From an uncultured Gemmatimonadaceae bacterium (GTDB lineage Bacteria > Gemmatimonadota > Gemmatimonadetes > Gemmatimonadales > Gemmatimonadaceae): 64,000 nt of DNA. A program made the position numbers and the translations under genes. The notes under the pieces were generated by a model. It had not been told where the DNA came from. It did no database searches and was given only the letters and a program-made list of their open reading frames with translations. The stretch lies in contig CAWAGQ010000017.1 of NCBI GenBank assembly GCA_963781585.1, positions 1 through 64,000 on the forward strand, in the 5' to 3' direction. This document shows positions 11,883 through 24,166 of this stretch, piece after piece. How positions within the stretch are numbered: the first letter of the stretch is position 1; every line of letters starts with the position of its first letter.

Positions 11883-14153
11883 ATGAACACGCTTCTTGGC
11901 CGGATCCTCCTTTCTGTCGTGGCGATTCCACTCGTCCCGACCCCCGCCACCCAATCCGCACCCCTCCGCGGCTTCACCGCGGAGTCGACCGCGGCCGAGC
12001 GCGACTGGGAGGGGAAGTTTCGCGCCATCCCCGACACCGCGCGCCTCCGGGCCGCCCTCCAGAAGCTCTCGTCGCACCCGCACCACCTGGGCTCGCCTAA
12101 CGACAAGGCCAACGCCGAGTGGCTGCGCGACCAGTTCACGTCGTTCGGCTGGGACGCCCGCATCGACGAGTACCGGGTGCTCTTCCCCACGCCGAAGGAG
12201 CGCGTTCTCGAGCTCGTCGCGCCCGCGAAATTCGTCGCCCGCCTGGAGGAGCCGACGCTGAAGGAGGATCCGACCAGCGGCCAGAAGGCGGAGCAGCTCC
12301 CCAGCTACAATGCCTACTCGGCGGACGGAGACGTCACCGCGCCGCTGGTGTACGTGAACTATGGCGTACCGGCGGACTACGAGGAGCTGGAGCGCCTCGG
12401 CATCACGGTGCGCGGCGCAATCGTGATCGCGCGCTACGGCGGTTCGTGGCGCGGCATCAAGCCGAAGGTGGCGGCCGAACACGGCGCGGTGGGTTGCATC
12501 ATCTACTCCGACCCGCGCGACGACGGATACTTCCAGGGAGAGACGTATCCGGCCGGACCATGGCGTCCGAAGGACGGCGTGCAGCGCGGCAGCGTGCTCG
12601 ACATGCCGGTGGCGCCGGGCGATCCACTTACCGTGGGTGTGGGCGCCACGGCCGACGCGCCGCGGGTCGATCGCAGGGATGCGCCCACCATCATGAAGAT
12701 CCCCGTCCTGCCGATCTCGTATGGTGACGCCCAACCGCTGCTGGCCGCGATCGGCGGGCAGGTCGCCCCGGATTCATGGCGCGGGGCGCTGCCCATTACC
12801 TATCACCTGGGGCCGGGGCCGGCGCGGGTGCACCTGAAGCTGGCCTTCAACTGGGACCTCGTCCCCCTGTACGACGTGATCGCGACGCTCCGGGGCAGCG
12901 ACTTTCCCGATGAGTGGGTGATCCGCGGCAACCACCACGACGGCTGGGTGAATGGGGCGCAGGACCCGCTTTCGGGACTGGTGGCCGAGCTCGAGGAAGC
13001 CCGCGCATTCGGCGAACTGGTGAAGCAGGGGTGGCACCCCCGCCGGACGATTGTTTACGCGGCATGGGACGGCGAAGAGCCTGCACTGCTGGGATCCACC
13101 GAGTGGGTGGAGGCTCACGCCGAGGAGCTGAGCCAGAAAGCGGTGATGTACCTCAACAGCGACACGAACGATCGAGGCTATCTGGGGGTCGGCGGATCGC
13201 ACTCGCTCGAGCGGCTGGTGAACCAGGTGGCGCGGGACATCGTCGACCCGGAGACGAAGGTGTCGGTGTGGCGTCGCATGCAGGCGGGCCGGATCCGGGC
13301 CGGCGATGCCGCGCAGCGCCGGGAGGTGCGGGCCGGCGGTGATCTTTCGATCTCGGCGTTGGGGTCGGGGTCGGACTACACGCCGTTCCTGCAGCACCTG
13401 GGCATCGCCACGCTGAATATCGGATACGGCGGCGAGGACGGCGGCGGCATCTATCATTCGATCTACGATTCGTTCAACTGGTACACCCACTTCGGGGACA
13501 CGGCGTTCGTCTACGGCCGGGCGCTGTCGCAGACCGCCGGGACGTTCGTGATGCGGATGGCCGACGCCGACCTGCTGCCGCACGACTTCAATTCGCTGGC
13601 CGGGACGGTGCACGACTACCTGGGGCAGCTGAAGGCGCTGCGTGACGATATGGCGGCACGGGCGGTGGAGACGAACCGGGAGCTGGACAGCGGCGTGTTC
13701 GCGGAAACGGCAGATCCGCGGTTCCCGGAGAAGCCGCCGGCACGCGAAGCCGTGCCGCCGTTCCTGAATTTTGCGCCGATGGACAATGCGGTGGATTCCC
13801 TCACCCGCGCGGCCTCCCGGTTCGAACGGGCCTACACCGCCGCGTTAGGCAGCGGGCACCTGGACCGGCCGGGCGAAGCGGCGGTCAATGCGCTGCTGCG
13901 TTCCACCGAGCGCACACTGACCTCGCCGCAGGGGCTTCCGTTGCGGCCGTGGTACGAGCATCTCCTCTACGCGCCCGGCTACTACACCGGCTACGGCGTC
14001 AAGACGGTGCCGTCGGTCCGCGAGGCGATTGAACAGAAGGAGTGGCCGGCTGCCGATCGCGAGATCGTCCGGGTTGCGGACGCGCTGAAGCGGGCCGCGG
14101 AGCAGATCGCGCGGACGGCGGACCGGCTGGAAACCATCGCTCACAGGCCATAG
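11883..14153 (+). CDS. M28 glutamate carboxypeptidase II-like peptidase (PA domain, transferrin-receptor dimerisation domain)
   Basis: Signal peptide; LVYVNYG, GNHHDGW, GAQDPLSG, WDGEE, YLNSD, LGSGSDYTPF and YHSIYD motifs. Confidence 0.9.
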   Translation: MNTLLGRILLSVVAIPLVPTPATQSAPLRGFTAESTAAERDWEGKFRAIPDTARLRAALQKLSSHPHHLGSPNDKANAEWLRDQFTSFGWDARIDEYRVLFPTPKERVLELVAPAKFVARLEEPTLKEDPTSGQKAEQLPSYNAYSADGDVTAPLVYVNYGVPADYEELERLGITVRGAIVIARYGGSWRGIKPKVAAEHGAVGCIIYSDPRDDGYFQGETYPAGPWRPKDGVQRGSVLDMPVAPGDPLTVGVGATADAPRVDRRDAPTIMKIPVLPISYGDAQPLLAAIGGQVAPDSWRGALPITYHLGPGPARVHLKLAFNWDLVPLYDVIATLRGSDFPDEWVIRGNHHDGWVNGAQDPLSGLVAELEEARAFGELVKQGWHPRRTIVYAAWDGEEPALLGSTEWVEAHAEELSQKAVMYLNSDTNDRGYLGVGGSHSLERLVNQVARDIVDPETKVSVWRRMQAGRIRAGDAAQRREVRAGGDLSISALGSGSDYTPFLQHLGIATLNIGYGGEDGGGIYHSIYDSFNWYTHFGDTAFVYGRALSQTAGTFVMRMADADLLPHDFNSLAGTVHDYLGQLKALRDDMAARAVETNRELDSGVFAETADPRFPEKPPAREAVPPFLNFAPMDNAVDSLTRAASRFERAYTAALGSGHLDRPGEAAVNALLRSTERTLTSPQGLPLRPWYEHLLYAPGYYTGYGVKTVPSVREAIEQKEWPAADREIVRVADALKRAAEQIARTADRLETIAHRP

Positions 14154-14185
14154 CTCATGGAGGTCATGGACTCGTCATGAGCTAT
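14150..14185. other. intergenic inverted repeat/hairpin
   Basis: ATAGCTCATG (14150-14159) ... CATGAGCTAT (14176-14185), overlapping the M28 stop codon. Confidence 0.45.
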
Positions 14186-14239
14186 CAGCATGAGCCAACG
14201 GGTATCGGCCATGGACTCCCCTCTCCCACGTACGAGAAC

Positions 14240-15991
14240 ATGATTCGCTCGCGCCGCGTCTGCCGGGCTGCGCTCCACGCCGGCGCCGTCGCGCTCGCGT
14301 TCGCCGGGTGCGGACCGTCACCCTCACCGGCTGGCGGCGGCTACGACCTGGTGATCACCAATGGTCGCCTCGTCGACGGGACGGGAAATCCGTACTTCTA
14401 TGGAGATGTGGGCGTGCGCGGCGACCGCATCGTCGCGGTGACGGCGCGGGGAGCACTGGCGGGCACCAGTGCGAAGGAACGGGTCGATGCCGCCGGTCTC
14501 GTGGTCGCACCCGGTTTCATCGACATCCAGGCGCAATCCTATCCGGAGCTGCTGTTCGCCGACGGGCGGGAGATCAGCAAGGTCTCGCAAGGCGTGACCT
14601 CCGAGATTCTGGGCGAGGGAAACACGCCGGCGCCATCCAACGCCGGACTCGATTCGGTCTACATGAACGGCGATCAGGACGACGCCCTGATGTTGCCGCA
14701 CATGACGGCCTTCCGCGGCGAGCACGGGTTCGGCACCTGGCTGGACTCCATGGAGCGACACGGCAACTCGGTGAACGTGGGGAGCTACCTCGGCGCCGCC
14801 ACGGTCCGGGCGTACGCGATGGGCCGCCGCGAAGGGCAGCCCGACGCGGCGCAGCTCGACACGATGCGCGCGGTGGTGAAGAACGCCATGCGCGATGGTG
14901 CGTTCGGCGTCGCGAGCGCGCTCATCTACCCGCCGGGGAGCTACGCCGGCACGGCGGAGCTGACCGAGATGGCGAAGGCGATGGCTCCGCTGCACGGGTC
15001 GTACATCACCCACATCCGCTCGGAGGAAAGCGCCCTCCTCCCGGCGATGGATGAGGCGCTCCGGATCGGACGCGATGGAGGCGTCCCGGTCACCATCTAC
15101 CATTTCAAGGCATCCGGGCGCGTGAACTGGCCGCTGGCCGGGCCCGCCATCGCGAAGGTCGATTCGGCCCGGGGCGCCGGTCAGGATGTGACGGCCACGA
15201 TGTACTCGTACCCGGCGTCGTCGAACAACCTGGCATCCTGCATCCCCGACTGGGTGCACGCCGATGGCAAGCTGCTGGAGCGGCTCCAGGACCAGACCCT
15301 GCGCGCGCGCATCCGTCGCGACATGACCAACCTGTCGCCTGACGCGGTCATCTGGTGCCAGCAGAATCCGCCCGATGCCTACATGATCTTCGGCTTCAAG
15401 CGCGACGACTGGAAGCGCTTCCAGGGGAAACGGCTCAACGAGATCGCTGCGGCGTTGAAGGAGGACTGGGTCGATGCCATCATCGACCTGACCGTGGGCG
15501 AGAAGAACGGATTGAACAAGATCACGTTTGCTATGTCGGACGCGAATGTGGCGCGGATGCTCGCCCAGCCATGGGTGGTGATCGGCAGCGACGCCGGCGC
15601 CTACGACCCCGACACCACCACCCAGATCACGCACCCGCGCGCCTACGGCACGTTCGCGCGCATCCTCGGCAAGTACGTCAGGCAGGACTCGGTGCTGCGG
15701 CTGGAGGACGCGATCCGCAAGATGACGTCGGCCACCGCGCAGATTCTCGGGCTGCGCGACCGCGGACTGATCCGGGAAGGGATGTTCGCCGACATCGTGG
15801 TGTTCGACCCGGCGACGATCATCGACCGGGCGACGTTCGAGAAGCCGCACCAGCTGTCGGTGGGTGTGCGCGATGTGTACGTGAACGGCGTGGCGGTGTG
15901 GCGCGATGGCCGGCACACCGGCGCCACGCCGGGACGCGCGCTGCGTGGCGGCGGTTGGACCGGATCGTCGGCGGGTCCGCCCCCGCCGTGA
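14240..15991 (+). CDS. N-acyl-D-amino-acid deacylase (D-aminoacylase) family amidohydrolase, lipoprotein
   Basis: Lipobox FAG-C; YDLVITNGRLVDGTG, APGFID, THIRSE, IYHFKA, IGSD, HPRAYGTFARILG. Confidence 0.88.
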   Translation: MIRSRRVCRAALHAGAVALAFAGCGPSPSPAGGGYDLVITNGRLVDGTGNPYFYGDVGVRGDRIVAVTARGALAGTSAKERVDAAGLVVAPGFIDIQAQSYPELLFADGREISKVSQGVTSEILGEGNTPAPSNAGLDSVYMNGDQDDALMLPHMTAFRGEHGFGTWLDSMERHGNSVNVGSYLGAATVRAYAMGRREGQPDAAQLDTMRAVVKNAMRDGAFGVASALIYPPGSYAGTAELTEMAKAMAPLHGSYITHIRSEESALLPAMDEALRIGRDGGVPVTIYHFKASGRVNWPLAGPAIAKVDSARGAGQDVTATMYSYPASSNNLASCIPDWVHADGKLLERLQDQTLRARIRRDMTNLSPDAVIWCQQNPPDAYMIFGFKRDDWKRFQGKRLNEIAAALKEDWVDAIIDLTVGEKNGLNKITFAMSDANVARMLAQPWVVIGSDAGAYDPDTTTQITHPRAYGTFARILGKYVRQDSVLRLEDAIRKMTSATAQILGLRDRGLIREGMFADIVVFDPATIIDRATFEKPHQLSVGVRDVYVNGVAVWRDGRHTGATPGRALRGGGWTGSSAGPPPP

Positions 15992-17442
15992 AGCGGATCG
16001 CGTCAGGCATTCTGGCGCTGCTGCTGGTGGTAGGGGCCATCTGCGGCGTGCGGATGGCGCGGCTGACCGCGTACGGCGTCGCCGCGCCCGCAGCCGATCC
16101 GGCGCTTGCCGATACGCCGGTAGGCACCGACCACCTTGCGGGCGCGATTCGCTTTGCCACGGTTTCCACCCAGGATTCAGCCGGCTTCGACCCCCGGCCG
16201 TTCCTCGCGCTGCACGACTATCTCCGCACCGCGTTTCCACGAGTGCACGGCACGCTCACGCGCGAGGTGGTCAACGGCTACAGCCTGCTCTATACCTGGA
16301 CGGGGAGTGACTCCTCGCTCGACCCGGTGCTGTTGATGGCCCACCTCGACGTGGTGCCGGTGGAGTCGGGAACCGAATCGCTGTGGAAGCACCCGCCGTT
16401 CGGCGGAGAGGTGGCGGACGGTTTCGTCTGGGGCCGCGGGGCGATGGACGACAAGGGATCGGCGATCGCGATTCTCGAAGCCGCCGAGTTGCTGCTGGCG
16501 CGTGGCTTTCAGCCACGGCGCACGATCTATCTCGCATTCGGCCACGATGAGGAGGTAGGCGGCGCGAACGGCGCCGAACATCTGGCTCAGCTTCTCGCGC
16601 AGCGAACGAAGCACCTGGCGTTTCTCCTGGACGAGGGCGGGGTGGTGAGTGACGGGGTCATTCCCGGGGTCTCGCGTCAGGTGGCGCTGGTGGGGGTGGT
16701 CGAGAAGGCGAGCTTCAACGTGGAGCTCACGGTGCAGGCCGCGGGCGGGCACTCGTCCATTCCACCCCGTCACACGGCGGTGGGGACGTTGAGCCGCGCC
16801 ATCGCCCGCCTCGAGGATCATCAGATGCCGGCGCACCTAACGCCGGTGACCGAGCGGATGATGACGCTCCTGGCGCCGTACATGGCCCCGACCCGGCGGT
16901 TCTTCCTGGCCAATCTCTGGCTGTTTCGCCCCGTCATCGTGGCCGGCATGGTCGCTGATGAACGCTCGGCGGCGGTGGTCCGGACCACGACCGCGGCGAC
17001 CATGGTGAGCGGCAGCCCCAAGTCCAACGTCCTCCCCATCCGCGCCCGTGCCGTCGTTAATTTTCGCGTCCTCCCCGGCGAGACCGGCGCCGACGTCCTG
17101 GCGCACGTTCGGCGCGTGGTGGACGACACCTCCGTCCGGATCACCGCTGCCGGATCGGGAACCCCCTCACCCGTGGCGGATTACCATTCGCCGGAATACG
17201 CGTTGATCGAGGAGACCATCGTCCAACTCTTCCCCAAAGCGGTTCCGGTACCATTCTTGATGGTTGGTGGCACGGACACGCGCCACTACGAGTCCCTGAC
17301 CCGTAACGTCTTTCGTTTCAACCCCTTCGTGGCGACCCCGGACCTGATCGGGGGCGCGCACGGAACCAACGAACGGCTGCGGGCGGAAGACTTTGCCCGG
17401 GGGACGCGCTTCTTCGCACAACTCATCGAGAACGCGCAGTAA
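15988..17442 (+). CDS. M20 peptidase (carboxypeptidase S/PM20D1-like)
   Basis: GTG overlaps the upstream TGA; LMAHLDVVP, WGRGAMDDKG, GHDEE, LDEGG, GGHSS, GGTD and HGTNER motifs. Confidence 0.88.
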   Translation: MKRIASGILALLLVVGAICGVRMARLTAYGVAAPAADPALADTPVGTDHLAGAIRFATVSTQDSAGFDPRPFLALHDYLRTAFPRVHGTLTREVVNGYSLLYTWTGSDSSLDPVLLMAHLDVVPVESGTESLWKHPPFGGEVADGFVWGRGAMDDKGSAIAILEAAELLLARGFQPRRTIYLAFGHDEEVGGANGAEHLAQLLAQRTKHLAFLLDEGGVVSDGVIPGVSRQVALVGVVEKASFNVELTVQAAGGHSSIPPRHTAVGTLSRAIARLEDHQMPAHLTPVTERMMTLLAPYMAPTRRFFLANLWLFRPVIVAGMVADERSAAVVRTTTAATMVSGSPKSNVLPIRARAVVNFRVLPGETGADVLAHVRRVVDDTSVRITAAGSGTPSPVADYHSPEYALIEETIVQLFPKAVPVPFLMVGGTDTRHYESLTRNVFRFNPFVATPDLIGGAHGTNERLRAEDFARGTRFFAQLIENAQ

Positions 17443-17573
17443 CCCCGCGGGAGACCGGGGGACCGGGGACAGGGTTGAGGAGACGACGGAGGCTACGGGG
17501 GCCACGGGTGAGGGAGGGGGGGGAGCACCAGATTCTCGACAGGGAGTGATCGCTTGCCGGAGACACGCCAGCC

Positions 17574-20375
<2,802 letters not shown>

Positions 20376-20472
20376 GTCAGACGCCGCGTTGCGTTCGCGG
20401 TGAGGGCTGGTATCCGGCCTGCCCCTCGGCCTCGTCGGGCGCCCCGGCCCCGTGCCCCCGCTGCTCTGCCGG

Positions 20473-20775
20473 TCAGGCTTTGCCGCGGATCTTCGCCATC
20501 CACCACCGAACGCCCACGAACAGGAAGCGCCAATCGTGGAGGAATTCGGGGGGCTTCCCCTCGAAGGCGTGCCCGACGAACTGAAACAGCCAGCCGAGCA
20601 CGAACAGGCTGCCCGCGATCCACCAGAGTCCAGCCACGAAGAATGCGACGATGGCGACGGCCACCGACAGCACGATCAGCGGGATCCCGACCGTGTGACA
20701 GAATCGGTTGATCGGGTGCTGATGGCTCTGCGCGTATTGCACGATCAGCTCGCTGGACGATCGGCTGCCGGGCAT
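20473..20775 (-). CDS. DUF962/Mpo1-like membrane protein
   Basis: YAQSHQHPINRFCHTVGIP...GWLFQFVGHAFEGKPPEF. Confidence 0.85.
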   Translation of the reverse strand: MPGSRSSSELIVQYAQSHQHPINRFCHTVGIPLIVLSVAVAIVAFFVAGLWWIAGSLFVLGWLFQFVGHAFEGKPPEFLHDWRFLFVGVRWWMAKIRGKA

Positions 20776-20792
20776 GTGGACCTCACAGTCTA

Positions 20793-20848
20793 TCAGTTGT
20801 CGGTTATCAGCTCTCAGCCACCAGTTGTCAACCGTCAGCCATGAGCTC
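20793..20848. repeat. degenerate heptamer tandem array (8 x TCAGYYN)
   Basis: tcagttg tcggtta tcagctc tcagcca ccagttg tcaaccg tcagcca tgagctc. Confidence 0.7.
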
Positions 20849-22120
20849 GTGTCCCGCCACCCGCGCGCACTCGGCCAGCACGGCGGCCCCGACGAAGATG
20901 CTCTCTTCCGCGGCGACGAAACGCGATGAATGTGCCGGTGTGACCATGCCACCTTCCTCCCGTGCGCCGATGCGGAGAAAACACCCCGGCATCCGCTCGA
21001 GGTACACCGCGAAGTCCTCGCCTCCCATATTGGTCAGGCCGAACGGTACCACCGAACCCGGGCCCAGCACGTGCTCGGCGGCCCGGCGCGCCCAGGCGCT
21101 CTCGCGCGGGGTGTTCACGACCGGCGGTGTGCCGTCGCCGAACGCGATTTCCGCGGCCAGGCCGTAGGCGGCGGCGACGGTGGTGGCGAGATGGCCGACG
21201 TGCTCGCGCAGTGCCGCGCGCACTTCCGGAACCATCGCCCGCAGCGTTCCACTGAGCGCCACCTGCTGCGGTATCACGTTAGGCGCCGATCCGCCATGCA
21301 TCATCCCCACGGTGACGACGGCCGTGACCCCCGGGTCGAGCCGCCGGGCGACGATCGTCTGCAGCGCAGTGACGATCGCGGCCGCGCCGACGATCGGATC
21401 GGCACCCTCGTGCGGGCGGGCTCCGTGCGCGCCGCGCCCGGTGAGCGTGACAGTGAAGGTGTCGGACGACGCGGCCACCGCGCCGGGGTCGGCCACCACC
21501 TGACCGAGCGGAAACCTCCGGTCCACGTGCCCACCGAAAATCGCGACCGCGCCGTCGAGCGCGCCCGAGGCGAGGACAGCTCGCGCCCCGGCGCCCACCT
21601 CCTCAGCCGGCTGGAGAACGACGATGACATCACCCGCCGCCGGGTCTCGCTTCAACAGCAGCGCGGCACCGACCGCCCAGGTGGCGTGAACGTCGTGGCC
21701 GCAGGCGTGCATCACCCCCGGACAATCGGACGAGAATGGGAGACCTGTCTCCTCCTGAATGGGGAGCGCATCGATGTCGCCGCGAATGGCGACGGTGGGT
21801 GCGGCACCGGCTCCGGGAAGGCGTGCCACCACGCCGGTGGCCGCCACCCGGCGCACATCGTTCACACCCGCGTTGCGCAGAAAGGTCTCGAGGCGCCCGG
21901 CCGTCCCCTCTTCCTTCCACGAGAGCTCCGGGTGGCGGTGGAGTTCGCGGCGCAGGCCGATCAGCGACCCGATCTCGTCTGGCGCGAACTGCGCCTGCGG
22001 CCCCTCGCCGCGGCCGCCGCCCGGCCGCCCCGTACTTCGGGCGGGCGCAGTCGCGGCCGCGGGTGGCCGGGGAGAAGCGCCACCACGCTGGGCGTTGACT
22101 GCCGGATCGTCACTCGTCAC
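20828..22120 (-). CDS. M20D amidohydrolase (hippurate hydrolase/aminoacylase family)
   Basis: RRELHRHPELS, RGDIDALP, MHACGHD, QPAEE, GAHGARP, GGEDF; GTG start overlaps the upstream stop. Confidence 0.88.
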   Translation of the reverse strand: MTSDDPAVNAQRGGASPRPPAAATAPARSTGRPGGGRGEGPQAQFAPDEIGSLIGLRRELHRHPELSWKEEGTAGRLETFLRNAGVNDVRRVAATGVVARLPGAGAAPTVAIRGDIDALPIQEETGLPFSSDCPGVMHACGHDVHATWAVGAALLLKRDPAAGDVIVVLQPAEEVGAGARAVLASGALDGAVAIFGGHVDRRFPLGQVVADPGAVAASSDTFTVTLTGRGAHGARPHEGADPIVGAAAIVTALQTIVARRLDPGVTAVVTVGMMHGGSAPNVIPQQVALSGTLRAMVPEVRAALREHVGHLATTVAAAYGLAAEIAFGDGTPPVVNTPRESAWARRAAEHVLGPGSVVPFGLTNMGGEDFAVYLERMPGCFLRIGAREEGGMVTPAHSSRFVAAEESIFVGAAVLAECARVAGHELMADG

Positions 22121-23253
22121 GAAAGCCAGGGTTCGCCCACCGTCTCTTCGCGAACGGTGAGGTCCTCGATGCGGTCGCGGTCGATGCCCACGCCAAGTCC
22201 CGGACGATCGAGGGGAACGTGGATGGTGCCGTGATCGGTCATCGTCCACTCGGGGGTCACGATGTCGCAGTCCCAGTAGCGTGCGCTGGGGGAGATGTCT
22301 CCCGGTTTGACGAAATTGGAGAGCGAGGCGAGGGCGACGTTGTAGGCGCGTCCGATGCCGGTCTCCAGCATCCCGCCACACCAGACCGGAATGCCGTTCG
22401 ATTCGCAATAGTCGTGGATGGCGACCGACGCGGTGAAGCCGCCCACCCGTCCCGGCTTGATGTTGATGATCCGGCCGCTGCCAAGGCGGACCATGTCCTG
22501 GGCGCGGTCGAGCGAGGTGATGGACTCGTCGAGGCAGATGGGCGTCTGGAGACGCGTCTGGAGTTCGGCATGCCGGGCGAGATCGTCGAAGGCGAGCGGC
22601 TGCTCGATCATCATCAGGCCCAGCCGGTCGAGCTCCAGGAGCGGCTCGATGTTGTCGAGGGTGTAGGCGTTGTTGGCGTCGACCATCAGCGGGGCATCAG
22701 GTCCGAGGGCGTCGCGGGCGGCCCCCGCGTACTCGACATCGGCCCCCGGTCTGATCTTGATCTTGACCTTGCGGTAGCCCTGGTCGAGAGCGCGGCGCGC
22801 CGTCTCCACCAGGGCATCGGGGGTGGGCTGGATGCCTAACGAGATTCCGACCTCGACCTCGTCGCGGGCGCCGCCGATCAGTCGCGCCAGCGGGATGCCG
22901 AGGCGTTCGGCTTCGAGCCCCCAGATGCCCATCTCCACGGCCGCCCTCGCCATGTAGTTCCCGCGGCAGTCCTGCGCCAGAAGGGCATGCACTTCGCCCG
23001 GGGCGTCGAGCGATCGGAAGAGGATGCGCGGGGCCACGTGGCGGATGATGGTCACCCACGCGCTGTCGATGGTCTCGGCCGAGTAGTTGGGATATTCCCC
23101 GGCGACGCACTCGCTCCAGGCGGCGGTGCCGCTGCCGTCGCGCAACTCGAGCAGCGCGATGCGTCGCTCCGAGACCACGCCCGAGGATATCCGGAATGGC
23201 TCCCTGAGGGGCAGCCGGATTTCGCGCAGCGTGATGGCGACGACTTCGATCAT
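22117..23253 (-). CDS. menC: o-succinylbenzoate synthase / N-succinylamino acid racemase (NSAR/OSBS subfamily, enolase superfamily)
   Basis: KVKIK, MVDANNAY, IEQP, CLDES, NIKPGRVGG, WCGGMLETGIGRA and PGDIS motifs. Confidence 0.88.
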   Translation of the reverse strand: MIEVVAITLREIRLPLREPFRISSGVVSERRIALLELRDGSGTAAWSECVAGEYPNYSAETIDSAWVTIIRHVAPRILFRSLDAPGEVHALLAQDCRGNYMARAAVEMGIWGLEAERLGIPLARLIGGARDEVEVGISLGIQPTPDALVETARRALDQGYRKVKIKIRPGADVEYAGAARDALGPDAPLMVDANNAYTLDNIEPLLELDRLGLMMIEQPLAFDDLARHAELQTRLQTPICLDESITSLDRAQDMVRLGSGRIINIKPGRVGGFTASVAIHDYCESNGIPVWCGGMLETGIGRAYNVALASLSNFVKPGDISPSARYWDCDIVTPEWTMTDHGTIHVPLDRPGLGVGIDRDRIEDLTVREETVGEPWLS

Positions 23254-24092
23254 GGAATGAACTGCTCGTCAGGCACGGTCAACACGTAATATGGAAGAGC
23301 GGGCGGGGCGCCGCGCACGAAGTGTGTGACCCGGAGCCCGCGCCGCAGTGCGGGAACGATGGCCGCGCGGACGGCGAGTCGCCAGCGCAAGGCGCGATCG
23401 CCGCCGGCCGCCTGCTCTGCCTGGAGATCCCGCGGGATCTGGACGCGTACCCCGGGCGTGTCCGAGGGTGCGTCGGCCGGCGGCTGCGGCAAGCCGGAAG
23501 CGTCGACCGGATTCAGCAATGGCAGTCCGGCACCGGCGGGTGCGGGATCGGCGGCGGGTGCGCGAATGCCGGGTTCACCGGTCAGATCCCACGAGATGAC
23601 GAATCTGTCGGTGGGGAGCGCGCCATGAAGCGCGCTCCCGGTGTCGGCGCCGTACATGTCGACCACGTATTCAACGGGGAAGGCGCCCAGCCGGTCGATG
23701 TTGAGGTGCGCGTTCCGGGCGACGAGGGGGTCGTAGGTCCACAGCATCTCTTCGACGCCGAGTTGGCGGACCTTGTCACGCTGGTAGTGTTTGAGGCGTT
23801 CGCCGAGGTGCCGGCCACGGTACGATTCGCGGACAGCGAGCATGTCGGACCAGTGCACCAGTCGTCCGTCGCGCACTCCGGTCACCCCGAAAACGAATCC
23901 CACCATGCGCCCGGCTGGCTCGAAGGCGCCCGCGCTGACGCCGCCGATGCGCTGGCCCACCTTGAGGATCGCTGCCGGGACGCGTTCGGAGAATCCGCGG
24001 CCCCAGGTCTCCTCCTGCAGTGCCACGCAGGCGTGGAAGTCGTCGAGCGTGACCAGGTCGCGGATGACGATATCCGGTGCCGAATGGCTCAT
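23250..24092 (-). CDS. GNAT-family acyltransferase (putative D-amino acid N-succinyltransferase)
   Basis: LQEETWG, HWSDMLAV..YRG..LG..LK, WTYDPLVARNAHLN...Y..DMYG...TDRF; translationally coupled to NSAR/OSBS. Confidence 0.8.
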   Translation of the reverse strand: MSHSAPDIVIRDLVTLDDFHACVALQEETWGRGFSERVPAAILKVGQRIGGVSAGAFEPAGRMVGFVFGVTGVRDGRLVHWSDMLAVRESYRGRHLGERLKHYQRDKVRQLGVEEMLWTYDPLVARNAHLNIDRLGAFPVEYVVDMYGADTGSALHGALPTDRFVISWDLTGEPGIRAPAADPAPAGAGLPLLNPVDASGLPQPPADAPSDTPGVRVQIPRDLQAEQAAGGDRALRWRLAVRAAIVPALRRGLRVTHFVRGAPPALPYYVLTVPDEQFIP

Positions 24093-24166
24093 ATTCGCCC
24101 CGAAATGGGATTCCTCAATGGATGAAAACATGTGTCCGGATCACCGGCGCGCTATCTTCCTCCGGG

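Noticed and set aside
22117..23253. Menaquinone biosynthesis cluster
   Set aside because: No menB/D/E/F/H in the window; the context fits the NSAR role.
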